From IMG/VR virus record IMGVR_UViG_2872485971_000002, positions 1 to 64,000 of that record: a stretch of DNA of 64,000 nt; one strand, 5' to 3'. The notes beneath the pieces are model-generated. The model was given only the letters and a program-made list of their open reading frames with translations, was not told the origin of the DNA and ran no database searches. The first letter of the stretch is position 1; each line of letters opens with the position of its first letter. Below, one piece after another: positions 20,750 through 31,114 of this stretch. Position numbers and translations under genes: made by a program. The stretch is from an uncultured virus (IMG/VR IMGVR_UViG_2872485971_000002). Taxonomy: Duplodnaviria > Heunggongvirae > Uroviricota > Caudoviricetes.

Positions 20750-20964
20750 TCTCCTTTTAAATAAGATTTGAAAAACTCACTTAAGTTATCAGCCATAGCT
20801 GCAGCAACTTCAGAAAAGTATTTATGTCTTTTCTCCTCTGATTTCAAAAACTCAACTGTCGTTTCTGCAATTTCTTTAATCCTGTCTTCTTTGATATTTC
20901 CATTCCTAACACGCTCTTTAATCTCTTCTGTCTCTCTTTTTAAGGACTCAGGGTAACTTTCCAA
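20746..20964 (-). CDS. yorV: Hypothetical phage protein
   Basis: ORF and synteny. Confidence 0.65.
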   Translation of the reverse strand: MESYPESLKRETEEIKERVRNGNIKEDRIKEIAETTVEFLKSEEKRHKYFSEVAAAMADNLSEFFKSYLKGE

Positions 20965-21007
20965 TCAATACACTCCTCTTATTTTACATTTGTTTAAAAG
21001 ACAAACT

Positions 21008-22327
21008 TTATTCAGATTCTTTATTAACGTATGTATGTATTAATTCCTTGAATATTGACTCAAGCACAGTTACAGTAATTGAATTACCGGCTTGCTTATA
21101 TAATTGTGAGTTACTTATTCCCGCAGCAAAAGCTTTTTCAAAATCTTCGTCATCAAAAGCCTGTAGCCTAAAGCACTCTAACGGTGTTAATCTTCTAATT
21201 CTGTATTTTGGATATTCTCCAACCGCTACCCCGTGTCTGTCAATTGTGTTTACTGTAAATGCTGGTTCACCGTCATCTTTAAATCTTCTTCCATTTTGTC
21301 GCTTCTCCCCCCTTTCTGGGGTTAATACTGGCCTTACCTCAACAACTGCATTTTGTTTTTGGTTCCTATTCAATCCTCTCCAGTCAGAAGCAGAAAGCGT
21401 ATGAGATACAGCTAGTTCTCGTCCAAGCCCGCTTTTTCTGGAGTACTCAACTGCAATTTTCAGTCCCTCTCCTTTATTAGTGGTAATTGTGGGGCTTAAT
21501 CCAGATGAATTATAAACATTTCCATTCATTCCATTACCAGAGGGATTAATATTACCTACTTGCTCAACAGTAAGATTTTCATTAAGTCGACTTGTAGACA
21601 GCTCTTTGATCAAACTGTTTGTTTTATCTTCATTCAAGTAGTACTTTTCATCAACGTATTCTTCTAATAAATCTTTTAGCCTCTTCGTAGCAGCCGATTG
21701 AGCTGTCCATCTAAAATTAAAGCTTTTAATATCTAATTCTGCCAATCTCTGTTTCCCTTTTTGAAGTATATCCTTTCTTTTAAAATCCAAAGACCATTCT
21801 TCATTTTTAATTAAATCTTCTCTAATTCCAATTATGTAAAGTCGCTCCCTATTTTGTGGAACATTAAAGAATTTTGAATTAAGCAGCTCTAGGTCAATTC
21901 TGTACCCAACTTCACTGAAAGCTTCAGCCATAACATTTAATGTATTTCCTTTATCATGGTTGATCAACCCTTTAACATTTTCAAAAACAAAAAACTTTGG
22001 TTGCTTTTCCTTAAGAGTCTCAACGTATTGAAAAAACAATGTCCCTCTTGTATCTTCAAATCCCTTTCGATGGCCGGCTACACTAAAGCTTTGACAAGGA
22101 GATCCTCCAACTAAAAGATCAAATTCAGGTAGTTTTTTCTTATCAATCTTGCTTACATCTCCAAAATTTAATTGCTCATCAACGTTGTGAATTGCACAAA
22201 AAGATTTGACGGCATATTTATCAATCTCACTAAAACCAACCAGCTCATAACCAACCCCAATGTTTCTTAGTGCAGCTTCAAATGCACCGATCCCACTAAA
22301 AAGACTCATTACACGTAGTTTACCCAA
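21008..22327 (-). CDS. mtbP: Multispecific DNA cytosine-5 methyltransferase (M.SPR-like, 439 aa)
   Basis: FSGIG, GSPCQSFS, ENVKG, QNRER, tandem TRDs, YKQAGNS. Confidence 0.93.
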   Translation of the reverse strand: MGKLRVMSLFSGIGAFEAALRNIGVGYELVGFSEIDKYAVKSFCAIHNVDEQLNFGDVSKIDKKKLPEFDLLVGGSPCQSFSVAGHRKGFEDTRGTLFFQYVETLKEKQPKFFVFENVKGLINHDKGNTLNVMAEAFSEVGYRIDLELLNSKFFNVPQNRERLYIIGIREDLIKNEEWSLDFKRKDILQKGKQRLAELDIKSFNFRWTAQSAATKRLKDLLEEYVDEKYYLNEDKTNSLIKELSTSRLNENLTVEQVGNINPSGNGMNGNVYNSSGLSPTITTNKGEGLKIAVEYSRKSGLGRELAVSHTLSASDWRGLNRNQKQNAVVEVRPVLTPERGEKRQNGRRFKDDGEPAFTVNTIDRHGVAVGEYPKYRIRRLTPLECFRLQAFDDEDFEKAFAAGISNSQLYKQAGNSITVTVLESIFKELIHTYVNKESE

Positions 22328-22356
22328 TAAACAACCTCCATATATTTTATTTTTAT

Positions 22357-22384
22357 TCTAAATAAAATTGATCTTTTATTTAGA
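22357..22384. repeat. Perfect 11-6-11 palindrome, type member of a dispersed intergenic family (about 25 copies)
   Basis: TCTAAATAAAA-TTGATC-TTTTATTTAGA. Confidence 0.8.
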
Positions 22385-23027
22385 TACCCTTGTTCTTGTT
22401 ACGAATAAATTGCTTATAATCATGTAGCAGCCACTGATTAATCTTTTTTAAACTTTCAAAGTTAAAAAATCCTTTTTCAATGTACCATCGAAGCAAGCTA
22501 CTATTTTGTTTTGAGCTATTACATGTTTTACAAGCAGGCACGCAATTACTCAAATTGTTTGCGCCGTTATGTTTAACATGTTCTTTATGCAGGTCTTGTC
22601 TAAACTTTATTCTATGCTCCTTTTCAGAAAGTCCACAATAAGCACAGCTATAGTTAAAGTAATTTTTACACGCTATCCATTCATCAACAGTAATTTCATG
22701 ATTCTTGGTGTTCCGTTTCAGTGAATAGATTTTTAATCTTTCTTTGTTATTAATGTGCCATTTCCTTAGGCCACCGCTTCCCCGCCATTTTTCATTATAT
22801 TTTCGCTGCATTTCTTTAAGTTCAGGCTTATCCTTATACCTTTTTAAGTTCTTTTTAAATTGCTCTTTATTGTTTTTAATCCACGTTGTTGACTTTTGCT
22901 TGCAACAAGTTTTACAATCTGGTCTTAAATAGACATAACTCTCTCCGTTTTTCTTCCTTTTGACTTGCTTATAAAAGTGTTCGAAATCTTTTTCAGTAAG
23001 ACAAACACTACATGTCTTTTTGTTCAC
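22380..23027 (-). CDS. Free-standing HNH endonuclease with N-terminal zinc finger
   Basis: CSVC...CKTC; CAYCG...EH...NCVPACKTCNSSK. Confidence 0.85.
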   Translation of the reverse strand: MNKKTCSVCLTEKDFEHFYKQVKRKKNGESYVYLRPDCKTCCKQKSTTWIKNNKEQFKKNLKRYKDKPELKEMQRKYNEKWRGSGGLRKWHINNKERLKIYSLKRNTKNHEITVDEWIACKNYFNYSCAYCGLSEKEHRIKFRQDLHKEHVKHNGANNLSNCVPACKTCNSSKQNSSLLRWYIEKGFFNFESLKKINQWLLHDYKQFIRNKNKGI

Positions 23028-23079
23028 TGGTTTTTCTACTTAAACTCAACTCCTTTAAGGGAACATGACTAGTGCATGA

Positions 23080-23288
23080 CTAGTTTATTTTCAATACCTC
23101 TAACGTTATGCCCTTAGGAATTCCAATTACATTGTTGTGTTCATCTTGCAACGCAGTACCTAAGGAATTAAAAATCATACCCGCTTGCTGCTGAGATACG
23201 GTTCCTTGTCTTTTTCATTTACATTTATGATTTTCTTTTCGTTAACATTTCCATCTATATTTTGTAACTCAAGTAACATCCTTTTCAA
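23080..23288 (-). pseudogene. Frameshifted small gene
   Basis: GGGGGAG RBS, MKRMLLELQNIDG... stops early; another frame continues GTVSQQQAG...LEVLKIN*. Confidence 0.5.
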
Positions 23289-23316
23289 TTTTTCTCCCCC
23301 TATATTATTTGAATCT

Positions 23317-23814
23317 CTACTCAAACAATTGGATTAAATCTTCAACAATCTCATCGCTGCCCCATTGTCCTGTATCCCATGAATATGTATGTAATCCAGC
23401 ACTGCTCATAACTTCTCTGTATAACTCCAAAATTGAATCAATGTCTTTTCCTTCAATATACTCATCTCCCCGAATGCTTAACCGTTCCTTAATAACACTT
23501 GGATCAGCATGCAAGTATACAACCTTTGCTTTCAATTTAATTTTATCCTCAATAATTCTAAGCTGCTGTTCTGTAAGGATCGAGTAATCTTTGAATTTCT
23601 TTGCATATACCAAGTTAGAATAAACAAACCTGTCAATAATCACGCTGTCTTCGTCAGCTAATCTGTTGAAGTGCTCAAATAATTTCTGATTCCCGCTTGT
23701 GGCCAACTCAAAGCTTGAACCTTTGATAATTGGATACTTCATAGCTTTGCTTAGCTTTGCTGCAACTGTTGATTTAAAGCAGCAATCAGGCCCCTCCAAG
23801 ATAATTAATGCCAT
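23317..23814 (-). CDS. yorR: dNMP/thymidylate kinase-like P-loop protein
   Basis: LEGPDCCFKST, IIDRF. Confidence 0.85.
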   Translation of the reverse strand: MALIILEGPDCCFKSTVAAKLSKAMKYPIIKGSSFELATSGNQKLFEHFNRLADEDSVIIDRFVYSNLVYAKKFKDYSILTEQQLRIIEDKIKLKAKVVYLHADPSVIKERLSIRGDEYIEGKDIDSILELYREVMSSAGLHTYSWDTGQWGSDEIVEDLIQLFE

Positions 23815-23961
23815 TAATCCTCCACCTTTCTTATTTTATGAAATCCAACAACCTGGTACGTACCATCAGAATACTTCACTTCCACCTGATTGTATCGATA
23901 ATCAACTTTCGCAACAGCTCCAATCTCACCTGTAAAATCAACAATTACCTTTTGACCTTTT

Positions 23962-24198
23962 TTAAACATAAGTTAAACCTCCCTTTAGTGGTGTTAATTC
24001 ATGTTCTTTAAAGTAAGTAATGTCACCTGTTTCATCGCTAACTGCATAGTCATATGTAGCTGAATGCAAATGCTCAATAATCTTTCCTTTTCTTCCAACA
24101 TGATGAGGACAGCCATATCGTGCATTATTGTTAATTTCTACAGCTAGTCCAACAGGATAACTCCAGTATTTAGGCAATTTAATACCACCTCCCCTCAA
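23962..24198 (-). CDS. yorP: YorP-family protein
   Basis: PKYWSYPVGLAVEIN... Confidence 0.75.
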   Translation of the reverse strand: MRGGGIKLPKYWSYPVGLAVEINNNARYGCPHHVGRKGKIIEHLHSATYDYAVSDETGDITYFKEHELTPLKGGLTYV

Positions 24199-24209
24199 TA
24201 AAAAACCTC

Positions 24210-24407
24210 TTAATCTTCTGTTACTATTCTAGAAACCTGTTTTTCATTAAACCCAAGGGACGACAAGAACCTCTTAAAATCATCTAACAACAATCCAGGG
24301 ATTTCCCCTTTATGTTCTTCAATAATCGACGGTTTATAAGTCTTATTTAATTTGGTTACCTGTCCATATTCATCTGTGAATGACATTTCAATTTGAATAC
24401 ACTTCAA
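24210..24407 (-). CDS. yorO: Hypothetical phage protein
   Basis: ORF and synteny. Confidence 0.6.
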   Translation of the reverse strand: MKCIQIEMSFTDEYGQVTKLNKTYKPSIIEEHKGEIPGLLLDDFKRFLSSLGFNEKQVSRIVTED

Positions 24408-24708
24408 TTATCTCACCCTATTTTTTATTTTTGTCTTGCATTTAACTGCTTGTTGCCATAACAACATCATCAAAACGTCTTTCATCATAAGTTCCATCAT
24501 AATAACTAAGTTCTACTGTTTCTGTTTCAGGATAGATCGCTTCAATAATCCCACGCTCTCCAGTTGATTTTACCTTGGCCTCTTTATCCAAAATGAACAT
24601 CCTCTTCACTCTCTCTATGTAATAGTTTTCCTTGGGATAAATTTCATGTTATGTATTGCATCGAACGAATTGTTGAAATGTTTATACCTTTCTGTTATTT
24701 GGATTGAT

Positions 24709-25431
24709 TTACCAGCTTACTCTTACATTTTTACGACCAAATGCATTTGCTTCTTGCTCACTGTCCATCAGAATATCAATACGATTGTTTTTAATATCTC
24801 CTCCTGTATCTATTGCATATGCTTGAAAGCTATTCCCTTCATATGAAACTTGCACTAATGAATACAAAGGAATTATTTCTGGATCAACAGCGATTATTCT
24901 TTTTCCATTGTAATAGGATGTGTTTGATACATCATAGCCGGTTTTTGTTTTCCCTGTGCACCCTGTAGAACAAAACGCTGTGTAAGCAGTGGCAATCACT
25001 TCATGACTCTTCACTGCCTTTACATTAGTACTTTTTGAAGCAGATTTATCTTCACTTCTCTTTTTATTGGTTTTTTGCACTTTTTTTGTCTTTGTATGTT
25101 TTGCTGCTTTTTTATTTTCTTCTGTTAGATATGTAATCGTCGCATTAAGATACTTTTTTCTACTTTCAGCCTGCTTTTCTTCCTCACTCTTTAGCCTGGG
25201 AAGGATTCTTGGAACGTCAATTTCATGAATTAGTTTTTGGGTCACCTCTTTTTTATTTAGATAAAATGACTCTTTTATTGAGACTTGATTGTCCTGATGT
25301 GTATACAAGTTTTTAGCGCTATATACGAGCCCTACTCCTAACAAACCAATTGTAGCAAAAAGTGTCATTTTGTTAATTCTATGATATACATATTTTTTGT
25401 GTTTGTCTATAAGTTTTTTGAAAATTTTCAT
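24709..25431 (-). CDS. yorM: Membrane-anchored 3D-domain (cell wall/Stationary phase survival-like) protein
   Basis: ATAYT...IAVDP..IPL...AIDTGGDIKNNRIDI; start uncertain. Confidence 0.85.
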   Translation of the reverse strand: MKIFKKLIDKHKKYVYHRINKMTLFATIGLLGVGLVYSAKNLYTHQDNQVSIKESFYLNKKEVTQKLIHEIDVPRILPRLKSEEEKQAESRKKYLNATITYLTEENKKAAKHTKTKKVQKTNKKRSEDKSASKSTNVKAVKSHEVIATAYTAFCSTGCTGKTKTGYDVSNTSYYNGKRIIAVDPEIIPLYSLVQVSYEGNSFQAYAIDTGGDIKNNRIDILMDSEQEANAFGRKNVRVSW

Positions 25432-25453
25432 CTCTCCTATCATCAGCTAAGAT

Positions 25454-28400
25454 TTATATTTCTGCCCTTTTAGTTGTCAAACTCATATTTCCTTCATCAT
25501 CAACATTGTCTATTCTGCAGACAGTGTGATTATATATGCTATCTTTATAGACTTTCGGAATAAAATTGTTACCTCTTCTGAAACCAGTAAACATGAGCAA
25601 TGTTCCTCTGGTATACCAAGATTTCTCGACTACCTCTTTCTTTCCGCCACCAATGGATCTAGAAATCTGTTTATTGTAATGACTAAAGCTGCCCGACCAC
25701 TGTTTAACTGTAACCACCCCTGTTGGTGTTAGAAGAGTAATTGTATGTTTGTTTTTATCCCTATCTAAAACAGTGCCTATAATCCGTGTAGTCTCATATT
25801 CATAGAGAGTTTTCCCTCTCCATTGATAAGGTTTACCTTTGACCGGCTCTGCTGGCAGTTTATAAAAGTCAGCAATATCATACTTGGCAAAGTTTACACC
25901 AGAAAGCTCATGGTCATTATAATAATAGCTCAATGAATCCATTTCCCACTTACCTAATGATCCATCGGCGTATTTTTCCCACTCTTTTATTAATAAACAA
26001 TCATTCAATTTCTTCAGTGGTTCTTCTGTTGTTATCCAGGACTTTATTTTAGACATCTTGTTATCATATTCTTTTTTAAAAGCTCTTTCAGAAATGACAA
26101 GCTGCCCGTTTAACATGTCAACTACACTATCCTCACTGAAATGCTGGTTATAAAACGAAGCTGATACATCATCCAATAAAAAAAGTTTATCTTTTGGCGA
26201 CTTTAATGTTTTGTACACCTTTTTGCTGATGTAATCTTTAAAACGAAAGAATCTCACTTCTTGTGCAAATTCTGAAGGAACAATGTTGTTTTCAATTAGC
26301 ATTTTTAAATTAGACAACGTAAGCTTACTTTTTGGTTCTGATATTAAGCTAATAAAGGCCTTCATGATTTCTTGCCTGTTTCCAAAAGAATCAAAGCAGC
26401 CTCCTTTTATTAATTGGATTACTTGTCCTTTCTTAATAATGCCGCTCTTAAACATTCTTTCAATAAAGTCGTTAAAGTCACTATATGGTCTATTTAGAAC
26501 TATATGATGAATAACATCGTCTCCAATTCCATTCATTCCTTTAAGTCCAAATAAAATTGAATTGTTGTTAATATCAGTCCTAAAACCAAAATCAGCCTTA
26601 TTTATATCTGGGAGGTCTATTTTAATCCCTCTTTGTCTGATGTTTCCAATGGCTGAAGCAACTTTTCCGTAGTTTGTAGCAGCTGTCTTTTTGTTGTCTT
26701 TTGTATCCTCGGTATCTATTCCTCCGCTGTTTACCGTTAAACAAGCAGTATTCCAGTATAAAGGATTATATCGATAGTTTAAGTTCAATTCCTGTAATGC
26801 AATAATTGAATATGCCAAGGTATGAAGTAAACTAAAACTGTAGCCAAACTGTCTTTTAAATTGAACATTCCAGACATAATTCAACAGGTTATCAGAAGTG
26901 CCAATCTCCTTTCCTTTTTTAAAAAACAATTCTTCCACTTCTTTTAATACATCTTCTTTCTTTTTTGCTATGGATTTCCTAAGATAATTTGATTCTTTAA
27001 TGTCAAAGTTAGCTATATCTTTATCCATTACCATCTGCATAACCACTTCTTGAGTATCAGCAACACCATAAATGTCCTTAAGGTGCCTCTCCATTACTCT
27101 GATTTCCTTTTCGCTTAGACCGTACCGTGCCATTTCTTCATACCATTTATTAAGGTTATTTTTGTATTTAACATATGTATCTACAGGCTGTTCTTCACCG
27201 TCTGACATAAGCCTCATTAAAGAATTGGTTACTGCTGCTTCAAGTAAGTTCTTAGGTTTTACTTTGACAACTGATTGATGACCGACTTCAGTTGAGAACT
27301 GGAATAAATCCATGATCTCCCCATTACCAGCCATTTCCCATAGCTTATCATCTTCGTACTCAATTACGTCTGGATGGATGTATTTGTTGTAGGTTTCCTT
27401 TAAGCTTCCTTGCCATTCAATTTCTTTATTCTCGATTAATTGGTCTAATGTTACTCTAATCTTATCTAAAGCTTCAATTGTAAGAAGGTCAAACTTTACT
27501 GAGCCCATGGCTTCACTGTCACCCATATTAAACTGTGTAATATAAGCTCCTTTAGGAGTTTTCATCATTGCATTCGACTTTGTATATTCATCGTTAAAGA
27601 TAATTACTCCGGCTGCATGAGAAGAGCGCTTATTAGTTAACCCTTCAATTTTTAGAGCTGTTTCTTTAAGATTAGGGTATTGTTCAACCTCCCTAATAAA
27701 CTCTTTAATCGGCTTCCTGCCAGTTTCTTTGTCACCATAAAAACAATGTGTTAAAGGCCAGTTAGATCCTCTTTCAAATGGAATCATTCCACTTAAATAC
27801 TGGGATATATCATTATCGATTCCTAAGCCTCTACACGCTGTCTGAAGCGCTGATTTTGAACCCTCAGTTCCAAAAGTAGCAATTTGAAGAACACGTTTGT
27901 CTCCAAACCTTTCTCTAAGTGCCTTAAGAATTTTTTGTCTTTTTGATCCTTCAGTATCAATATCGATATCTGGAAGGTCAGGTCTCGATTTATGTATATG
28001 TCTCCAATGTGGTAAATCATATTGCATTGGATTAATTTGAGTGTTGTCGAGTAGATAATTAACTAAGTAACCTGCAGCACTACCCCTGGCTGCCCCAACT
28101 AAACTATCTCCTCCACACTCATCATCCCAAATAATATTAATGATTTCTCTGACTGTTATGTAATAAGAAGACATAGACTGATTCAGCTTTTGGCTGATTT
28201 CCCAAAGTTCTCCCAGCTCAACGTTAATCCTGTTCAATATTTTATGAAAAGCTTCTCTCGTTAGTTCGCTTGTTTTTAATTTCTCTTCAAATCCGTCCTC
28301 AATTAACTTAAGGAGATATCTATCTTGTTCATCTGCTGATTCAGACATCTTTTTTATATATTCATATTGATCATATGCTGGTTTAAATAAATGTCTTAAT

Positions 28401-29371
28401 TTAAAGTTAGGAAGCTCCATCTTAGGGATAATTGGTTCGTGCTCTATAGTATAGTCTTCAATCATCTCACCAATGAGCATTGTATTTTTTATGGCCTGAT
28501 CGATGACTTCTTTATCAATGTAGTCCATTCTCTCGTGAATTTCATCAACGTTTTGAACGAAACAGGCTTCATAAAAGGAATCAACTTCTCTTTCTCCATC
28601 CTTAGCGTTTAAAAAGGCTTGATGAATTGCTCTATCTTCTGGTCTTAGATAGTGAGCATCTGTTGTAACAATCATTTGCAAGTCATATCCGTTGGCTATA
28701 TCTATCAGCTTCTTGTTACAGTAAATCTGTTCTTCACTCAGTGCAGGTTGAAGCTCGATAAAAAACTTATCCTTCCCAAAAACCTCAATACACCAAGTTA
28801 TAAACTCATGAATCTTTAGTTTGTGCTGCTTAATTGACTGAGAATCACCAGTTTCTTCAAAAGCCTTTATCTTTAACAGGTGAATGTTTACCTCAGATCC
28901 CAAGCAAGCTGTGGTAGCAATGATGTGGCCTGGATCTTTACTTAATAGCTCCTCTACATCCTTTTTTACTGTCGGCACTCTTTCCATTGTTCCTGTATAA
29001 AATGAGTTTTCCCAGGCTTGAGAAGACAGTATTCTTAACTGCTCATGTCCTTTTGGATCAATTGCCAACATCAAGAAATGAGGAAATTTTGTCACTCCGG
29101 ATTTATAGTTATGTCGAACTTCCTCTAAAGAATCGACTAGGTACGCTTCATTGCCCAATATCAGTTTAAAATCTTCTGGCATATCCCCCTTCTTTTTCAT
29201 TTCTCTAACTGTTCGAATAGCATCTAAATGTGCTGAGAGGACTTCATGGTCTGTTATGGCCAATCCCTTATATTCCATCTTTACTGCAGTTTTGAGCAGT
29301 TCTTTAACTGAGTTTGTTGAGTCTAGAAGCCTTATGTTACTCCTATCTGTGTGGCAGTGACATCCTATCAA
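25454..29371 (-). CDS. yorL: DNA polymerase III alpha subunit (DnaE-like)
   Basis: PHP domain HCH/TDH, RGSAAG, PDIDID. Confidence 0.95.
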   Translation of the reverse strand: MIGCHCHTDRSNIRLLDSTNSVKELLKTAVKMEYKGLAITDHEVLSAHLDAIRTVREMKKKGDMPEDFKLILGNEAYLVDSLEEVRHNYKSGVTKFPHFLMLAIDPKGHEQLRILSSQAWENSFYTGTMERVPTVKKDVEELLSKDPGHIIATTACLGSEVNIHLLKIKAFEETGDSQSIKQHKLKIHEFITWCIEVFGKDKFFIELQPALSEEQIYCNKKLIDIANGYDLQMIVTTDAHYLRPEDRAIHQAFLNAKDGEREVDSFYEACFVQNVDEIHERMDYIDKEVIDQAIKNTMLIGEMIEDYTIEHEPIIPKMELPNFKLRHLFKPAYDQYEYIKKMSESADEQDRYLLKLIEDGFEEKLKTSELTREAFHKILNRINVELGELWEISQKLNQSMSSYYITVREIINIIWDDECGGDSLVGAARGSAAGYLVNYLLDNTQINPMQYDLPHWRHIHKSRPDLPDIDIDTEGSKRQKILKALRERFGDKRVLQIATFGTEGSKSALQTACRGLGIDNDISQYLSGMIPFERGSNWPLTHCFYGDKETGRKPIKEFIREVEQYPNLKETALKIEGLTNKRSSHAAGVIIFNDEYTKSNAMMKTPKGAYITQFNMGDSEAMGSVKFDLLTIEALDKIRVTLDQLIENKEIEWQGSLKETYNKYIHPDVIEYEDDKLWEMAGNGEIMDLFQFSTEVGHQSVVKVKPKNLLEAAVTNSLMRLMSDGEEQPVDTYVKYKNNLNKWYEEMARYGLSEKEIRVMERHLKDIYGVADTQEVVMQMVMDKDIANFDIKESNYLRKSIAKKKEDVLKEVEELFFKKGKEIGTSDNLLNYVWNVQFKRQFGYSFSLLHTLAYSIIALQELNLNYRYNPLYWNTACLTVNSGGIDTEDTKDNKKTAATNYGKVASAIGNIRQRGIKIDLPDINKADFGFRTDINNNSILFGLKGMNGIGDDVIHHIVLNRPYSDFNDFIERMFKSGIIKKGQVIQLIKGGCFDSFGNRQEIMKAFISLISEPKSKLTLSNLKMLIENNIVPSEFAQEVRFFRFKDYISKKVYKTLKSPKDKLFLLDDVSASFYNQHFSEDSVVDMLNGQLVISERAFKKEYDNKMSKIKSWITTEEPLKKLNDCLLIKEWEKYADGSLGKWEMDSLSYYYNDHELSGVNFAKYDIADFYKLPAEPVKGKPYQWRGKTLYEYETTRIIGTVLDRDKNKHTITLLTPTGVVTVKQWSGSFSHYNKQISRSIGGGKKEVVEKSWYTRGTLLMFTGFRRGNNFIPKVYKDSIYNHTVCRIDNVDDEGNMSLTTKRAEI

Positions 29372-29383
29372 CTTTCTTCCCCC

Positions 29384-31114
29384 TTAAAACACAAGTTCTT
29401 TTTGTTTTGTGCGAACCACCTCCAATTCATAAATCTCGATTTGAGGTGTTTTCTTGCCTTTGTATTCATTTGCCTTTGCTTTGCCAATTACATTAATGAC
29501 TAACGTTCCATTTGATGCAGTAAGCTGATTAAAGTAGTTCTCATCACTTTTAAACCTTATGTATTCAATATCGCCATGCTTAAATTTAACAGTTGTCTTA
29601 TTCTTTTTCCCTAAATGCTCAATTTGTTCGACTTCAATTTCAAGATCCGTTATAGCTATTAAGGGTTCTTCAACTTTGTAACCCCAATAGTCTTTGTAAC
29701 CATCAAGTTGAAGGATAAATTCTTTTCTCAATCGTTTTGCTGGGATCTCAAAATCAACATTCTGAATATCTTTTTCGATATCTATGTCTTTAAATTTTTC
29801 ATTCAGCACTTTGTTCACCAGGATTAAGTTCTGTCGTTTAATTGCAAAGCCAGCTGCATTTGGGTGACCTTCAACAAACTCAAATAATCCAGTATCTATA
29901 AGCTCTTTCTTAAAATCCTTTATAAACCCTTTATCATATCCTCGTATAGAGCCACTCAAGATATCTTTACCTTTTTCGGGATCGTTTCTGGCTAACAAGA
30001 CCGGCTTTTTATATTCTTCTGCAAGCTGATTGGCCACCAGTCCAGTTAGGCTTTTATCTAGAATTCCTTCAATGTAAACAATCAGTACTTTATTCGCTGT
30101 TAAACTTTTCTCCTCTATTCTATTTTTAATTTCAGCCCCAGCTGCATCTGCAATCCGTTTCTGCTTTGCTTTTAGATTTCCTAGAATCCTAACTGTGTCA
30201 TCATGTATTGACACAAGCTCAGTTTCACTTTGTCCACGTTTTTTGTAGGGTACCTTTTCTTTAGAAAGGAGGAATGCTCTCATCATTTGATCTTTTTCTT
30301 CACTGCTTCCAACCCTAATGGCAGCATTAATTAAGGGGTTAATAAAGAATTGTGTATTCTGTATGTTCTTGTCACCCTTGGTTGAAAACTCTTGCTTCTT
30401 AAATAGCTTTTTTAATAATGGATGCTTAATTTTCTTCAAACCTTCATTCATAAAATACCGGGTTTCAAGGTTTCTTGAATCAGCCGAATCTGCTATGTTA
30501 CCAATAGATACAAGGTCTAAGAATTGTTCAGCTTCATTTTTATTTAGCTTTTCATCAACTGCCTGGCAAAATTTATAGGCCATTCCTGCACCTGTCAGAG
30601 TTTTATTCGGATAATTAGGCGACAGTTGATTATTTACTACGATCGCATGTTCAGACACTCGTTCACATTCATGGTGATCAATAACAATTATTTCTGCGCC
30701 TCTCTTATTAAGAGCCTCATGTTCGTCAAATTGACTTGAACCTGCATCTGGGATTATGACTAAGTCAACATCATCAGGAATTGTATCAATAAAAATCCCA
30801 TGCTCTTTCCCATCTTGAATTCTGTAATGTATATTAGCTTTCGGACAAATCTTCTTTATGTAGTTTATAATGATTGAGCTGGATGTGTATCCATCAACAT
30901 CACTGTCTACCTGAACAAACAATTTATTTTTATTATTTAAATGCTTAATAAGACAATCTGCAGCTTTATCAATATTATTTAGCTTTGAATAATGAATAAC
31001 TGAACTTTGATCAACATTAACAAACAACTTTGGATCTTCTATGCCTCTATTTTTTAAGATAGTAGCTAAAGGATCGAAATTATAATCATTGTCGCCAATT
31101 AGTCTATACTCCAT
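29384..31114 (-). CDS. yorK: RecJ-like ssDNA exonuclease
   Basis: DSDVDG, DHH, GHPNAAG. Confidence 0.93.
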   Translation of the reverse strand: MEYRLIGDNDYNFDPLATILKNRGIEDPKLFVNVDQSSVIHYSKLNNIDKAADCLIKHLNNKNKLFVQVDSDVDGYTSSSIIINYIKKICPKANIHYRIQDGKEHGIFIDTIPDDVDLVIIPDAGSSQFDEHEALNKRGAEIIVIDHHECERVSEHAIVVNNQLSPNYPNKTLTGAGMAYKFCQAVDEKLNKNEAEQFLDLVSIGNIADSADSRNLETRYFMNEGLKKIKHPLLKKLFKKQEFSTKGDKNIQNTQFFINPLINAAIRVGSSEEKDQMMRAFLLSKEKVPYKKRGQSETELVSIHDDTVRILGNLKAKQKRIADAAGAEIKNRIEEKSLTANKVLIVYIEGILDKSLTGLVANQLAEEYKKPVLLARNDPEKGKDILSGSIRGYDKGFIKDFKKELIDTGLFEFVEGHPNAAGFAIKRQNLILVNKVLNEKFKDIDIEKDIQNVDFEIPAKRLRKEFILQLDGYKDYWGYKVEEPLIAITDLEIEVEQIEHLGKKNKTTVKFKHGDIEYIRFKSDENYFNQLTASNGTLVINVIGKAKANEYKGKKTPQIEIYELEVVRTKQKELVF

